Assembly (NCBI GenBank): GCA_050248855.1
Contig: JBFWRP010000002.1
Coordinates: forward strand, 224,001-288,000
DNA: 64,000 bases
From: Planctomycetota bacterium
Lineage (GTDB): Bacteria; Planctomycetota; PLA2; JAEUHO01
Direction of reading: 5' to 3'
In this document: piece by piece, positions 18,401-27,588 of the stretch
Layout of the letters: the number at the start of each line of letters is the position of its first letter
Numbering within the stretch: position 1 is the stretch's first letter
Made by a program: the position numbers and the translations under genes
The notes under the pieces: model-generated
Databases searched by the model: none
What the model was told of the DNA's origin: nothing
Seen by the model: the letters and a program-made list of their open reading frames with translations, nothing else

Positions 18401-19783
18401 CGCGACCTCTTGGTGGAAGGCCTGGGCGATGAGCTCCGCGCCGAAGCCCACGCGAGCCTCGCCGAGGCGCGTGCGGCCCGCGCCGAAGCGCAGGGCGGTA
18501 CCGGCGGCGAGGACGCCGTGTTCATCGCCTCGCATCACCTGCGCGGTTCGCGTCCGCAGCAGGCCGTGCCGTGGTTCGTGCCGGCGGTGGCGCACCTGCG
18601 TGCAACCGGGCGCAGCACGGAGGGCGCCCAGCTGCTGGAGCGCGCCAAGGAGCGGCCGATGAAGGGGCTCGCCCCGCGAACCGCCGTCGCCCTGGAGCTG
18701 GCGCGCATCGAGTGCCTGGTCGACATCGGGCGCATGGCCGAGGCCGGCGAGGCCTTGGCGTGCGCCGTCCGCGACGAAGGGCCGGCCAGCGGTCCTGCCG
18801 AGATGCTCGCCCTGCGGCGGCTGCAGGGCCTCTGGCTCGTTCGCCGCGGGCGGCTCGCGGAGGCTCGTCCGTGGACGGTCGAGGCCATCGAGCTCGCTGC
18901 GGCGCTGGACGCTCCGGCCGAGGGCGCCGCGTGTCGCCTGCTCGCCGCCGATGTCGCGTTGGATGCCGGTGAGTGGGCCGCGGCGCGTCGCCACCTGGAC
19001 GAGGCCGTGCGCCTGGCCGAGCGGGCGGACGACACGCCGACGCGACTCGACGCCATTGCCCGCGGCGCGGAGGTCGCCGCCTTGGACGGGGCCTTGGCCC
19101 AGGCACTGGGCCTGGCCGACGAGGCGATCGCCGTGGCGGCGCTGCTCCCGCCCTCTTCCGCGGCCGGCAAGGCGTACCTGGTCCTGGCCCGTGTGCTCCA
19201 CGCATTGGGCCGCCTGCCGGCCAGCCTCGATGCCGCGACGAAGGCGCTGCGTCTGGCGACGGCCTTGGGAGATCGCAGGCTCTCGGTGCAGGCCTCCGCG
19301 GCTCGCGCGCTGGTGATCAAGGAGGGTGACGATGCGGCGGCCGCGTACGCAGCGTTCCTGGACGTGCGCGCCGCCAGGCGAGCGCTCGACGATGCTTACG
19401 GCTTGGCGCGTGACGAGCTCGAGTGCTTCCTCGCGGCGCGTCGGCTGGGTCGGGGGGATGCGGCACGTGCGCATCTCGTCGCGGCGCACGAGCTGGCGGG
19501 TCGTGTAGGCAGCTTGGGCCTCGCGCTGCGCGTCGAGGCCGCCCGCGCGCTCGGGGGCATCGTGGACGCCGTCGAGACGCGAGAGCGGCTCGAGCGCGAG
19601 CAGGCGCGGCTGGCTCCCCTTCATGCCGTGGCGGCGTGGTGGTGGGTCGCCGAGGCCGGTGGCGGTGCTGCGGCCGCGAGGCGTGCACGCGAGGCCTTGG
19701 ACCACCTGGTCACCGGCGCTCCCCCCGACGACCGCGCGACGCTGGTCAGGAACGTCGCCCTGCATCGCGACCTTGCCCGCTGA
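15467..19783 (+). CDS. Tandem Ser/Thr kinase + AAA/STAND-like ATPase + TPR-like protein
   Basis: Kinase 1: GRGGMG, VALK, HRDVKPAN, DFG, YMAPE. Kinase 2: GTGAMG, VALK, HRDVKPDN, DLG, YAAPE. Then LVGRD, Walker A GEAGAGKS, Walker B WVVDD, GLPF and helical repeats. The start may instead be 15479. Confidence 0.9.
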   Translation: MRGPMAAEEILELADAYLAHLDAGGGLEPEAFLHERGVTSAEALDLLRTLASIEGEHGRLPAPGEHVGPYRVLARIGRGGMGVVYRAQDTRLGRAVALKVCRRAALPEHGEQRFEREARALASLRHPHVVQVFDLGGSRALLWYAMELHEGRTLEDVLADGPWALPFAELASRFADVAEALHAVHEAGLVHRDVKPANLLLRPDERLVLADFGVVHWDEASTLTSTRDLPGTPAYMAPEQVRGDPPDAAADQYGLAACLYQAITGDWPLRHLGLKDVLAERSRMGIPVPRTLRPEVPEALEAAVLRALALDPAARHPDVEAFAMALRAVALAPGSRDLWCGRRVGDYEVLERLGTGAMGAVYRARHVADDQLVALKILHPHRIGGGDALQRIRREAEAGARVLDPHVLRTHACAIEVVDGAPVVYLVLELVPGRTLRELLGDVGPLPEALLVEVGRQAALGLAAIHEAGIVHRDVKPDNLMIDDAQRVRVMDLGVAAVAGDETSGGFVGSLRYAAPEQIEGHAVGPAADLYALGVTLYELAAGVPPFAADDPRRLVRLHLEAAPRFPLRDEAPLGPFLESVLETLLAKRPEERFASAAELAAVLEAGEGGTWWQAHRDRRGSGRHATWPEVPVRRSTRLVGRDVLRAALDARIDALRHGQGGVVVLRGEAGAGKSRLLDALLRAEAGRDLRAIYASFGDESDVAALLAGLAAHLGPGDPTPFLERALASAPPLVPGLARALQGGGSGGLEPAALRRGLRLVADALARTTPTLWVVDDFHAADDAAREAVFVLARATRDVPLLVILATEPGPDEAWAPALSGLAVDTRDVGRLDAASLEALVGSVFGAAPFVAELAARLHEASDGLPFAAVEVLHALVDRGVVGPDGEGGWRAELPIDRIDMPDAVQGLLASRLAGLDDDERRVLELGAVAGVTFDPDLVARALGMTRLQVLQTLVHVERRTRLVRSSRQGVQLDVPRLRDLLVEGLGDELRAEAHASLAEARAARAEAQGGTGGEDAVFIASHHLRGSRPQQAVPWFVPAVAHLRATGRSTEGAQLLERAKERPMKGLAPRTAVALELARIECLVDIGRMAEAGEALACAVRDEGPASGPAEMLALRRLQGLWLVRRGRLAEARPWTVEAIELAAALDAPAEGAACRLLAADVALDAGEWAAARRHLDEAVRLAERADDTPTRLDAIARGAEVAALDGALAQALGLADEAIAVAALLPPSSAAGKAYLVLARVLHALGRLPASLDAATKALRLATALGDRRLSVQASAARALVIKEGDDAAAAYAAFLDVRAARRALDDAYGLARDELECFLAARRLGRGDAARAHLVAAHELAGRVGSLGLALRVEAARALGGIVDAVETRERLEREQARLAPLHAVAAWWWVAEAGGGAAAARRAREALDHLVTGAPPDDRATLVRNVALHRDLAR

Positions 19784-19822
19784 CGACGACGCGCCCGGCT
19801 CCGTACGGCCCATGCCGACGCC

Positions 19823-19864
19823 AAAACGGAAGCGAGGCTGGAAAGCGTCGCTTCCCAGCCTCGC
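19823..19864 (-). terminator. Probable intrinsic terminator of the Cys-rich gene
   Basis: Hairpin 19832-19864 (gcgaggctgg(g/a)aagcg arms) followed on the minus strand by ttccgtttt. A second hairpin agagcctgaga/tctcaggctct lies at 19886-19912. Confidence 0.6.
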
Positions 19865-19920
19865 AGGCTTTCGCTTGTAGGTGTCAGAGCCTGAGATCTC
19901 TTCTCAGGCTCTAGCGTCGA

Positions 19921-20709
19921 TCAGCCGTTGGTCGTCGCGGGGACGTCCTTCTCGGCCTTCTTCTTGCCACCGCAGCAGCCGTTCGGGCACTTCGTGCAGC
20001 CCTCGTCGCTGGCCGAACCGCTGGCGTCACCCGTGGGGGCCGCGGCGCCATCGGCCTTCGCCTTGTTCTTGCAGCAGCCTTCGCCGCACTTGGTGCAGCC
20101 GGCGGCGTCGCTGGCCGAACCGCTGGCGTCACCCGTGGGGGCGGCGGCGCCGTCGGTCTTCGCCTTGTTCTTGCAGCAACCCTCGCCGCACTTGCCGCAG
20201 CCGGCGGCGTCGCTGGCCGAACCGCTCACGCCCTCGGCCTTGGCCTTGTTCGGGCAGTTGCAGCCCTCGTCGCAGGCTTCGCCCGACTCGCACTTGCCGC
20301 AGCAGTCGCCGCTCTTGGCCTTGGCCATCGCCTGGAAGAAGCCGACGAAGCGCTCCTTCGTCCACCCGTCCGCGATCAGCGCGGCCTTGAGGCCCGGCAT
20401 GACGGCGTCCTTGCTGTCGAACCAAGCCGACCACTTGGCGCTGCCCTCGGGGGTCGAGGCGCAGACGCACTCGCCGCCGCAGACCTGCTGGCCGACGTAC
20501 ATGATGATCGAGTGGAACGGCGTCTCGGTCTTCGTGGCCGGAGCCTCGGTCGTGGTGGCGGGGGCCTCGGAGGCCGGGGCCTTCGCAGCCGGCGCGGCCG
20601 CGGGGGCCTCGTCACCGGCGAAGGCGCTGTCGGCGCCGAGGCCGTACGCGCCGAACGCGAGGCCGGCGGCGGCCAGAAGGCCGAGGGCAAGCTTGATGGG
20701 AGTGCGCAT
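19921..20709 (-). CDS. Secreted Cys-rich repeat protein (metallothionein-like tail)
   Basis: Signal peptide (SAFA|GD), 21 Cys, three CxKCxxGCC units on a 102-bp tandem period; GAGGA RBS. Confidence 0.8.
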   Translation of the reverse strand: MRTPIKLALGLLAAAGLAFGAYGLGADSAFAGDEAPAAAPAAKAPASEAPATTTEAPATKTETPFHSIIMYVGQQVCGGECVCASTPEGSAKWSAWFDSKDAVMPGLKAALIADGWTKERFVGFFQAMAKAKSGDCCGKCESGEACDEGCNCPNKAKAEGVSGSASDAAGCGKCGEGCCKNKAKTDGAAAPTGDASGSASDAAGCTKCGEGCCKNKAKADGAAAPTGDASGSASDEGCTKCPNGCCGGKKKAEKDVPATTNG

Positions 20710-21033
20710 CGTGGAGATTCCTCTCGTGGACTGACGTGGATCTAGGCTCTCGGCCCGATGAGCGAAGCGCCCTCGGACGGGAGCGGGGAGGGTACCGGCA
20801 CCTACGGGGGGCCCGCACAAGCGCGGGACTCCTCGGGCGCCCATCGCCCGCTCCCGCGCCCAGGTGGGACGCATCCTGGTCGGGGCGAGGTTCCCCGGGA
20901 GGTGGACCGGAGAAGTGACCGGGGGCCGAGGGCCCGTGTGCCGGAGGAGCCGGGGGCTGGTCGGCAGCGGCGGGCCCGCCCCCCTGGAGCCCGGTTTTCC
21001 GGGGAGAGCAGGCGTGGTAGACCCGCCGCCTGC

Positions 21034-21441
21034 ATGTTCGAGATGCCGCAGGTCATCCGCCTTCCCTTCACGGACGCAGCGGGCGTCGTGTTCTTCGCGC
21101 GCTACTTCGACTTGGCCCACCTGGCTTTCGAGGAGCTGTTCGACCATCTCGGCCATCGGATTCCCGCCGAGCTGTGGCGGGCCTCCATCGGGTTCCCCCT
21201 CGTCCGCTCGGAGGCCGAGTACCGGCGGCCCCTGGTGCTCGGCGATCGGGTCGCCGTGCAGGTCGAGGCAGAACGGGTGGGCCGTACGTCGTTCACGCTC
21301 CGCCACCGCTTCGTCCACGCCGGGCACGGCGAGGTCGCGGTCGTCCGCATGACCCACGTGGCCATCGAGGTCCCGACGCGGACGCCCGTACCGCTGCCCG
21401 ACGACCTCGCGACGGCCTTGCGCACGCATCTTGTCGGGTAG
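21034..21441 (+). CDS. Hot-dog fold acyl-CoA thioesterase, probable DHNA-CoA thioesterase (MenI function)
   Basis: TDAAGVVFFARYF motif of 4HBT-like thioesterases; adjacent to the men cluster. Confidence 0.8.
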   Translation: MFEMPQVIRLPFTDAAGVVFFARYFDLAHLAFEELFDHLGHRIPAELWRASIGFPLVRSEAEYRRPLVLGDRVAVQVEAERVGRTSFTLRHRFVHAGHGEVAVVRMTHVAIEVPTRTPVPLPDDLATALRTHLVG

Positions 21442-21499
21442 TCGCCGGAGCTATCTTGGCACGACGAAGACGGAGCGCCGTCCGTCGAGGTCGCCGACG

Positions 21500-22000
21500 A
21501 TGCAGGAAGCCGTCCGCCAGCAGATGGGGGCCGCGATCGAGTCCTTGGCCGCAACGGTGCGAGCGTGTCCCGACACCACGTGGTACACGGGGCGGCGCTG
21601 GTTCCAGCCCTGGTACGTCGCGTACCACGCGACCTATTGGCTGGCGTGGTACCTGGCCGAAGGCGCCCCCGACTTCACGCCGCCGCCGCCCTTCACCAAC
21701 AGCGAGCTCGAAGAAGACTCCTATCCGCCGCGACCGTGGTCGCGCGAGGAGGTCTTGGGGTGGCTGGGGCAGATCCCTGCGCAGCTGGAAGCCCGCGCCG
21801 CGACGTTGGCGGATGCAGACGGTGCGGCACGCCGCGTGAGGATGCCGTGGGGCGACGTGACCGCGCTGGAGGTCCTGCTCTACGGGCTGCGCCACGTGGC
21901 GCACCACACCGGACAGCTGAACCTGCTGGTCCGCTCCGGCGGCAGCAAGCCCGCGATGTGGGTGGCGCGCCACGACGTGTCACCGCCGCCCGCGGCCTGA
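21500..22000 (+). CDS. DinB family protein
   Basis: WYVAYHATYW and LRHVAHHTGQL His motifs. Confidence 0.8.
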   Translation: MQEAVRQQMGAAIESLAATVRACPDTTWYTGRRWFQPWYVAYHATYWLAWYLAEGAPDFTPPPPFTNSELEEDSYPPRPWSREEVLGWLGQIPAQLEARAATLADADGAARRVRMPWGDVTALEVLLYGLRHVAHHTGQLNLLVRSGGSKPAMWVARHDVSPPPAA

Positions 22001-22001
22001 C

Positions 22002-24383
22002 TCAGGCAAGGCGGTCCGGACGCGTGGCGAGCCACGTGGCCAGCGCCGCATAGGGCACCTTCGGGCCCGGCGCCGGGTCCGCGGGCCATGCCCACCAGCC
22101 GACGGGTCGTTCCGCGGGCGCGAGGTGCTCGCGCGCGCGCGCGGTCAGCTCCGCGGCACGCAGCGGCCTGCGCAGGGCGACGATCGCCGCCGCGCGTGCG
22201 CCCCATTCCGGGTCCTCGACAGGCAGCACGGCCACGGCCTCCACATCCGGCCAAGCGCCCACCACGGACTCGATCAGCTCGGGCTGCACGTTCACGCCGC
22301 CGGAGTGGAAGAGACGGTCCATGCGACCGAGCACGTGGAGGACTCCCTCCTCGAGGCGTCCGCGGTCGCCGGTCGCGTACCAGCCGTCGTCGTCCGCGAG
22401 CGGCACCAGGCCCGCCGGGCCGTACGTGCCCAGCGCCAACGTGGGCGTGCGCACGTGGATGCGCCCGTTCGCCTCGATGCGCAGGTCCACACCGGGCAAC
22501 GCCCGACCGGCGACGCCGTCTGCCGCGGCCTCGTCGGCGTTCGTGCTCGAGACGATGAACGCCGTGGTCTCGGTCATGCCGTACGTGACGACCAGCGGTA
22601 CGCCGGCCTCGATGGCGCGGCGTCGCAGACCGCACGGCGCGGGCGCGCCGCCCAGCAACACGGCGCTCGTGCCCGCCAGCGCGCGCGCGGCGGCGGGGTC
22701 GTCGAGCAACCGTACCAGCTGCGTGGGCACGAGGGAGAGCACGTCGGGGCGCACGCGCAGCAGGGCCTCGCCGAGGCGCTCGCCCGGTCCCGGCACGAGC
22801 AGGTCCAGGTCGCCGACGCCTGCGCGGTGCACGAGCGCCAGTCCCCCGACGTGATGCAGCGGCAGCGAGAGCAGCCAGCGGGCGCCGGGCGCCAGCGCCA
22901 GCCGCGTCAGCGCGGCCCAGGCGGCCTCGCGATGGTGGGCCCACGCGTGGGCCACGAGGCGCGGTCGACCCCCGCTGCCCGATGTGCCCAGCAAGGTGCC
23001 GATGCGCGGGTCGGTGAGCGGGCGTGGCGCCGGTCCGGGTTCGAGGCCCGCGGGGGTCAGCAGGTGCGCGGCGCCGGCCTCGACGACGGCGGCGTGGCGG
23101 CGCGCGGCCGGCCACGTCGCGCCGAGCAGCAGCGGTACGAACGGGGCGCGCTCGTCGCCCGCTTGGGCCAGGGCCGCCAGCGTGGCGTCGACGCCGAGGC
23201 CCTCCAGCGCCACGACGGTGGGGGCCGGCGTGGACGCACGACGCGGCAGGCGGACGGCGCCCGGGCCGAGCGGCGGCCGCGCGGCATGCAGCCAAGGCAC
23301 CAAGGTCGAGGCCGCGTCCAGCCAGACGGGCGAAGGGGCGTGGGTCATGCGCTCGGGCGCGATGTGCCCCTCGACGACCAGCGGCGACGTGCGCAGCGGG
23401 TCGGCGCGGAACACGTCTTCCGTGCCCAGGCCCATCGCGCCCTCGGCAGCCGCCAGATGCAGCGACAGCCGGGCGAGGAACGACAGCCCCAGGCCCGACT
23501 CGAGGGCGGACGACACGACCAGGCGCTTGCCGGCGCGCAAGGCGCGGTCGTCGAGGTCGAGCGTGGCGGCCACGCCCACGCCGGCGGGCTTCACGATCCA
23601 TGCGTCGACGAAGGGCGCCGTGGCCAGCTCCGCGCCGACCGGCTCGCGCAGGGTCTCGTCCAGGGCGATGCGCACGCCGAGCTCGGCCGCGAGGGTCGGC
23701 AGCAGGCGGGGGTCGGCCAGCGGTTCCTCGATGCTCTCGAAGCGCTCGAGCGGCAGGCCCTCGAGGAACGCGCGGGCCGCATCGAGGTCGAAGGCGCGGT
23801 TGGCGTCCAAGCGCACCACGACGTCGGAGGCGAGGCCGTCGAGGAGCCGCAGGATTCCTTCGTGCTCCACCTCCCGCGTGCGGCGTCCGACCTTGACCTT
23901 CACCGCGGGCCAGGTTGCGGCGTCGGGTGCGGCGAGGAAGCCCAGCGCGGCCTCCGCGGTTGCGGCGACCAGCGCGTTGACGGGCACGCGACCGCGCTGC
24001 TCGCGACGGCCCGCGAGGTCCTCGGGCTCGCCGCGGCGTACGCGATCCAAGCCATGCCACGCCATCTCGACAGCGAAGCGAACGGCCGGGTGACGGGCCC
24101 ACGGAGCGGCATCCAAGCGCGAGGTCAGGTCGGCAAAGCCGTCGCACGCCGAGAGCGACGCCAGGTCCGGGGCGGCCCGGGCCGCGCGCGCGACTTCCCC
24201 CAGCACGCGCTGCTCGCGGCGTCGTCCGTGTACGGCGGCGAGCGGCGCCAGCTCACCCCAGCCGGCGTTCCCGTGCGCATCGCCAAGACGCAGCAGCAGC
24301 CCCGGCTTCTCGGGCGCAAGGTGCAGGGCACGGCGCCAACGGCGCCGGATGCGAAGGCTGTACGGCAGCCACGACGCACTCAC
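22002..24383 (-). CDS. menC-menE: Fused o-succinylbenzoate synthase / OSB-CoA ligase (MenC-MenE)
   Basis: N-half is enolase-like: GWGELAPL, KVKVG, RLDAN, IEEP, ALDE, VKP, VVSSALES. C-half is AMP-binding: GTSGSGGRPR, LPLHHVGG, YGMTET, TGDRG, GRMDRLFHSGGVNVQPE. GTG overlaps the menA stop and there is no internal stop. Confidence 0.85.
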   Translation of the reverse strand: MSASWLPYSLRIRRRWRRALHLAPEKPGLLLRLGDAHGNAGWGELAPLAAVHGRRREQRVLGEVARAARAAPDLASLSACDGFADLTSRLDAAPWARHPAVRFAVEMAWHGLDRVRRGEPEDLAGRREQRGRVPVNALVAATAEAALGFLAAPDAATWPAVKVKVGRRTREVEHEGILRLLDGLASDVVVRLDANRAFDLDAARAFLEGLPLERFESIEEPLADPRLLPTLAAELGVRIALDETLREPVGAELATAPFVDAWIVKPAGVGVAATLDLDDRALRAGKRLVVSSALESGLGLSFLARLSLHLAAAEGAMGLGTEDVFRADPLRTSPLVVEGHIAPERMTHAPSPVWLDAASTLVPWLHAARPPLGPGAVRLPRRASTPAPTVVALEGLGVDATLAALAQAGDERAPFVPLLLGATWPAARRHAAVVEAGAAHLLTPAGLEPGPAPRPLTDPRIGTLLGTSGSGGRPRLVAHAWAHHREAAWAALTRLALAPGARWLLSLPLHHVGGLALVHRAGVGDLDLLVPGPGERLGEALLRVRPDVLSLVPTQLVRLLDDPAAARALAGTSAVLLGGAPAPCGLRRRAIEAGVPLVVTYGMTETTAFIVSSTNADEAAADGVAGRALPGVDLRIEANGRIHVRTPTLALGTYGPAGLVPLADDDGWYATGDRGRLEEGVLHVLGRMDRLFHSGGVNVQPELIESVVGAWPDVEAVAVLPVEDPEWGARAAAIVALRRPLRAAELTARAREHLAPAERPVGWWAWPADPAPGPKVPYAALATWLATRPDRLA

Positions 24384-25276
24384 GCCGGGCCCCAGGCCCA
24401 GAGCGCGCCGAGGCCGAGGCCGTAGAGGGCCAGCAGCCTGCCGAAGGCGGCGAGGACGTCCAGGAGACGGTCGCCGGGCTGCGCGCGTAGCGCGCGGCGC
24501 GCAGCAGGCCAACCGACGAGGGCGAGGCCGGTGGCTCCGAGCACGGCGCGCGGGGCCCCGAACAGCAGCACGAGGACGACGGGGACGAGGGCCGCGCCCA
24601 GCAGCGCACCGACGATCTCCGCGCGCGCGAAGCCGCGTCCGAAGCGCACGGCCAACGTGCCCTTGCCGGCGCGGCGGTCGGTGTCCACGTCGCGCACGTT
24701 GTTCACGGCCAGGAGCGCGACGGCGAGCAGGCCGGGGCCGAAGCCCGCGACGACCGCGTCGGCGCGCCAGGCAAGCGCCTGCACGAACACCGTGCCGGCG
24801 ACCGCCACCGGACCGAAGAAGGCGAGCACGAGCACGTCGCCGAGCCCGAGGTAGCCCAGCGGCTTGGCACCGCCCGTGTACAGCACGGCGCCGGCGATCG
24901 AGGCCACGCCGATCGCGATGACGGGCCACCCGGCGCGCCACGCCAGCAGCGCGCCGACGACGGTCGCGGCGACGAGCGCGAGGACGAACGCCGTGCGCAT
25001 GGCCGCTGGCGTGACGAGCCCCGCGGCCACTGCACGCGTGGGGCCCAGTCGATCGGGCGTGTCCGTACCCTTCACGCCATCGAAGTAGTCGTTCGCGAAG
25101 TTGGCGCCGATCTGCAACAGCAAGGCACCCGCCAGGGCGCCGAGCGCGGACGGCAGGTGGAAGACACCCTCCCGCCACGCGAGCCCCACCCCGATCGCCA
25201 CGGGCGCCGCCGCCGCCGGCAGCGTGCGCGGCCGGCTCGCCGCGACCCACGCCGCGAGGGCGGACCTCACGCGCAT
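24380..25276 (-). CDS. menA: 1,4-dihydroxy-2-naphthoate prenyltransferase
   Basis: RPRTLPA, NFANDYFDGVKGTD, YTGG...GLGD, NNVRDVDTDRRAGKGTLAV. Confidence 0.95.
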   Translation of the reverse strand: MRVRSALAAWVAASRPRTLPAAAAPVAIGVGLAWREGVFHLPSALGALAGALLLQIGANFANDYFDGVKGTDTPDRLGPTRAVAAGLVTPAAMRTAFVLALVAATVVGALLAWRAGWPVIAIGVASIAGAVLYTGGAKPLGYLGLGDVLVLAFFGPVAVAGTVFVQALAWRADAVVAGFGPGLLAVALLAVNNVRDVDTDRRAGKGTLAVRFGRGFARAEIVGALLGAALVPVVLVLLFGAPRAVLGATGLALVGWPAARRALRAQPGDRLLDVLAAFGRLLALYGLGLGALWAWGPA

Positions 25277-25284
25277 GGCGTGCC

Positions 25285-25381
25285 GCGCGGAGGTGTCTGA
25301 ACCTGTGCCTCGGAGCGAAGCGACGGTGGCACGGTGTCAGACACCGCCGTGCGGTTCTCGCTTGGGGTCAAACCCCGCGCT
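25285..25381. repeat. REP-like hairpin (GGTGTCTGA..TCAGACACC) plus GGGGTCAAACCCC palindrome
   Basis: 62 bp shared with 38096-38157; cgcttggggtca(a/g)accccgcgct shared with 38415-38437. Confidence 0.85.
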
Positions 25382-25427
25382 CCATCGTCACACCGGAGCC
25401 TCGCCGCGGAGGTGTCGCCCCCGGTCA

Positions 25428-26249
25428 TCACGGCCGCTTGGGGAAGCGACCGAAATCAGGCTTGCGCTTGCCGAGGTAGGCGTCGCGACCTTCTTGGCCT
25501 TCTTCGGTCATGTAGTAGAGGAGCGTGGCGTTGCCGGCGAGCTCCTGCAAGCCGGCTTGGCCGTCGCAGTCGGCGTTCAGCGCCGACTTGAGGCAGCGGA
25601 TGGCCAGCGGCGAGTGCTGGAGGATCTCGCGGCACCACGTCACCGTCTCGGTCTCCAGCTGGTCGAGCGGCACCACCGTGTTGACGAGCCCCATCGCCAA
25701 GGCCTGGCGCGCGTCGTACTGGCGACAAAGGAACCAGATCTCGCGGGCCTTCTTCTGGCCGACCATGCGCGCGAGGTAGCTCGAGCCGTAGCCCCCGTCG
25801 AACGAGCCGACCTTCGGACCCGTCTGGCCGAACACCGCGTTCTCGGCGGCGATCGTCAGGTCGCACATCACGTGCAGCACGTGGCCGCCGCCGATCGCGT
25901 AGCCGGCGACCATCGCCACGACCGGCTTGGGGCACGTGCGGATCTCGCGCTGGAAGTCGAGCACGTTGAGGCGGTGGACGCCCTTGGCGTCCACGTATCC
26001 GGCGTCGCCACGCACGCGCTGGTCGCCACCGCTGCAGAAGGCCATGTCGCCCTCGCCCGTCAGGATGACCACGCCGATCGACGGGTCGTCGCGCGCGATC
26101 TGCAACGCCTCGCGCATCTCCGTCACCGTGAGGGGGCGGAAGGCGTTGCGCACCTCGGGCCGGCAGATCGTGATCTTGGCGATGCCGTCCATCGTCTCGT
26201 ACCGGATGTCGGTGAACGCCTTGCCGGGCTGCCAGGGGAAAGACGGCAT
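25428..26249 (-). CDS. menB: 1,4-dihydroxy-2-naphthoyl-CoA synthase
   Basis: [55 protein letters not shown]. Confidence 0.97.
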   Translation of the reverse strand: MPSFPWQPGKAFTDIRYETMDGIAKITICRPEVRNAFRPLTVTEMREALQIARDDPSIGVVILTGEGDMAFCSGGDQRVRGDAGYVDAKGVHRLNVLDFQREIRTCPKPVVAMVAGYAIGGGHVLHVMCDLTIAAENAVFGQTGPKVGSFDGGYGSSYLARMVGQKKAREIWFLCRQYDARQALAMGLVNTVVPLDQLETETVTWCREILQHSPLAIRCLKSALNADCDGQAGLQELAGNATLLYYMTEEGQEGRDAYLGKRKPDFGRFPKRP

Positions 26250-26325
26250 CGAGGGCCTCCGCAGGGGGCCGTGCATCCTGGGTTGCCCCGGTGGACCGTC
26301 CACGTTTGCCCTCCCTGCGCACCCG

Positions 26326-27555
26326 TCAGGACCCGGCGAGGGCGCGGCGAGCCGCCTCGGCGGCCGTCGCCGCGAACCGCTCGAAGGAGAGGCCGTCGAG
26401 TACGGCGGCGCGCCCGGTGGCCGCCATGCGCGCGGCCCTCCCGGGATCGGCGAGCAGGTCGAGCACGGCACGGGCGAACGCCTCGGCGTCGTCGGCGATG
26501 CAGAGCGCATGCGGGTCCGGCAACAGCTCACGCCAGCCGCGGGCCCCCGCGGACGTCGTGACGCACGTGCGCCCGTAGAGGAAGGCCTCCGGCGTCTTGA
26601 GCGAGGAGCCCCCGCCGCGGCGTGCCGCGACGATCGCGAGGTCGGCGCCCGCGTACGCGGTGGCGACGTCCTCGACCCGTCCCCGCAGGCGCACGCCGGG
26701 CGCCGCGGCCCACGCGGCCGCACGCGCTGGCCCCGGGGGCGCACCGACGAGGTCGAGCGCGGCGTCGGGCCGGACACTCCGCACACGCGGCCAGACGTCC
26801 TGCACGAACCACTCGACACCCTCCGTGTGCGGCGGCCAGCTCATGGTGGCCACGGAGACCACGTGTCCGCGACCGGGTGGGGGAGCTCCGTCGGGGACAC
26901 GCCCCGCAGCCAGCGGCCACGGCAGGTTCGGGAGCACGGTGGCGCGTTCGAGCCCAGGTGCGGCCACCAGGTCCTCGCGCTTCGTGACGGTGAGCGCATC
27001 GGCCGCTTGGAGCAGGGCGAGCTGACGGCGGCCCAGCGCGCCGCGGCGCCACGTGCGCACGCGTCCCGCGGCCTCATCGGCCATCACCGTGGGGACGTCG
27101 TCGACGTCGAGCCACACGCGCGGCCGATGCGCCAGGTGGAGCACGCCGCTGGCCGCCAGCGCCGGGGCGCCGTACACGGCCACGAGGTCCGGACGGAGCC
27201 GTCCCACGTGGTGGGCCACGCGTGCTGCCGTGGCGGAGTCGACGAGCAGCGGTGCCGCGGCGCCCGCCCAGCGTGTGGCCCAGGTGTCGAGCACGCGCTT
27301 GCGCAGCAGCCAGCGGCGCGCCAGGCGCCACGGCGGTCGTAGCGACGGTCGACCCGGAGGAACGACCTCCACCACCCCGAAGTCGCGCGCCACGACCGAC
27401 GCGACGTCGGGGTCGTCCGTGATCGGGTCGCTGGACGTGATCAGGGTGGTCACGGAGCCCAGGCGGGCGAGGGCGCGGACCAGCAGCGCGGCGCGTTGCC
27501 GGCCGCCCATCGTCGGCGGCCACGGCGAGCTGGGGGTGATGACGAGGATCTTCAC
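26326..27555 (-). CDS. Glycosyltransferase family 4
   Basis: [34 protein letters not shown]. Confidence 0.85.
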   Translation of the reverse strand: MKILVITPSSPWPPTMGGRQRAALLVRALARLGSVTTLITSSDPITDDPDVASVVARDFGVVEVVPPGRPSLRPPWRLARRWLLRKRVLDTWATRWAGAAAPLLVDSATAARVAHHVGRLRPDLVAVYGAPALAASGVLHLAHRPRVWLDVDDVPTVMADEAAGRVRTWRRGALGRRQLALLQAADALTVTKREDLVAAPGLERATVLPNLPWPLAAGRVPDGAPPPGRGHVVSVATMSWPPHTEGVEWFVQDVWPRVRSVRPDAALDLVGAPPGPARAAAWAAAPGVRLRGRVEDVATAYAGADLAIVAARRGGGSSLKTPEAFLYGRTCVTTSAGARGWRELLPDPHALCIADDAEAFARAVLDLLADPGRAARMAATGRAAVLDGLSFERFAATAAEAARRALAGS

Positions 27556-27588
27556 GATGGCGGTGGGGGATGGCCCGCGTCGCGCCGT

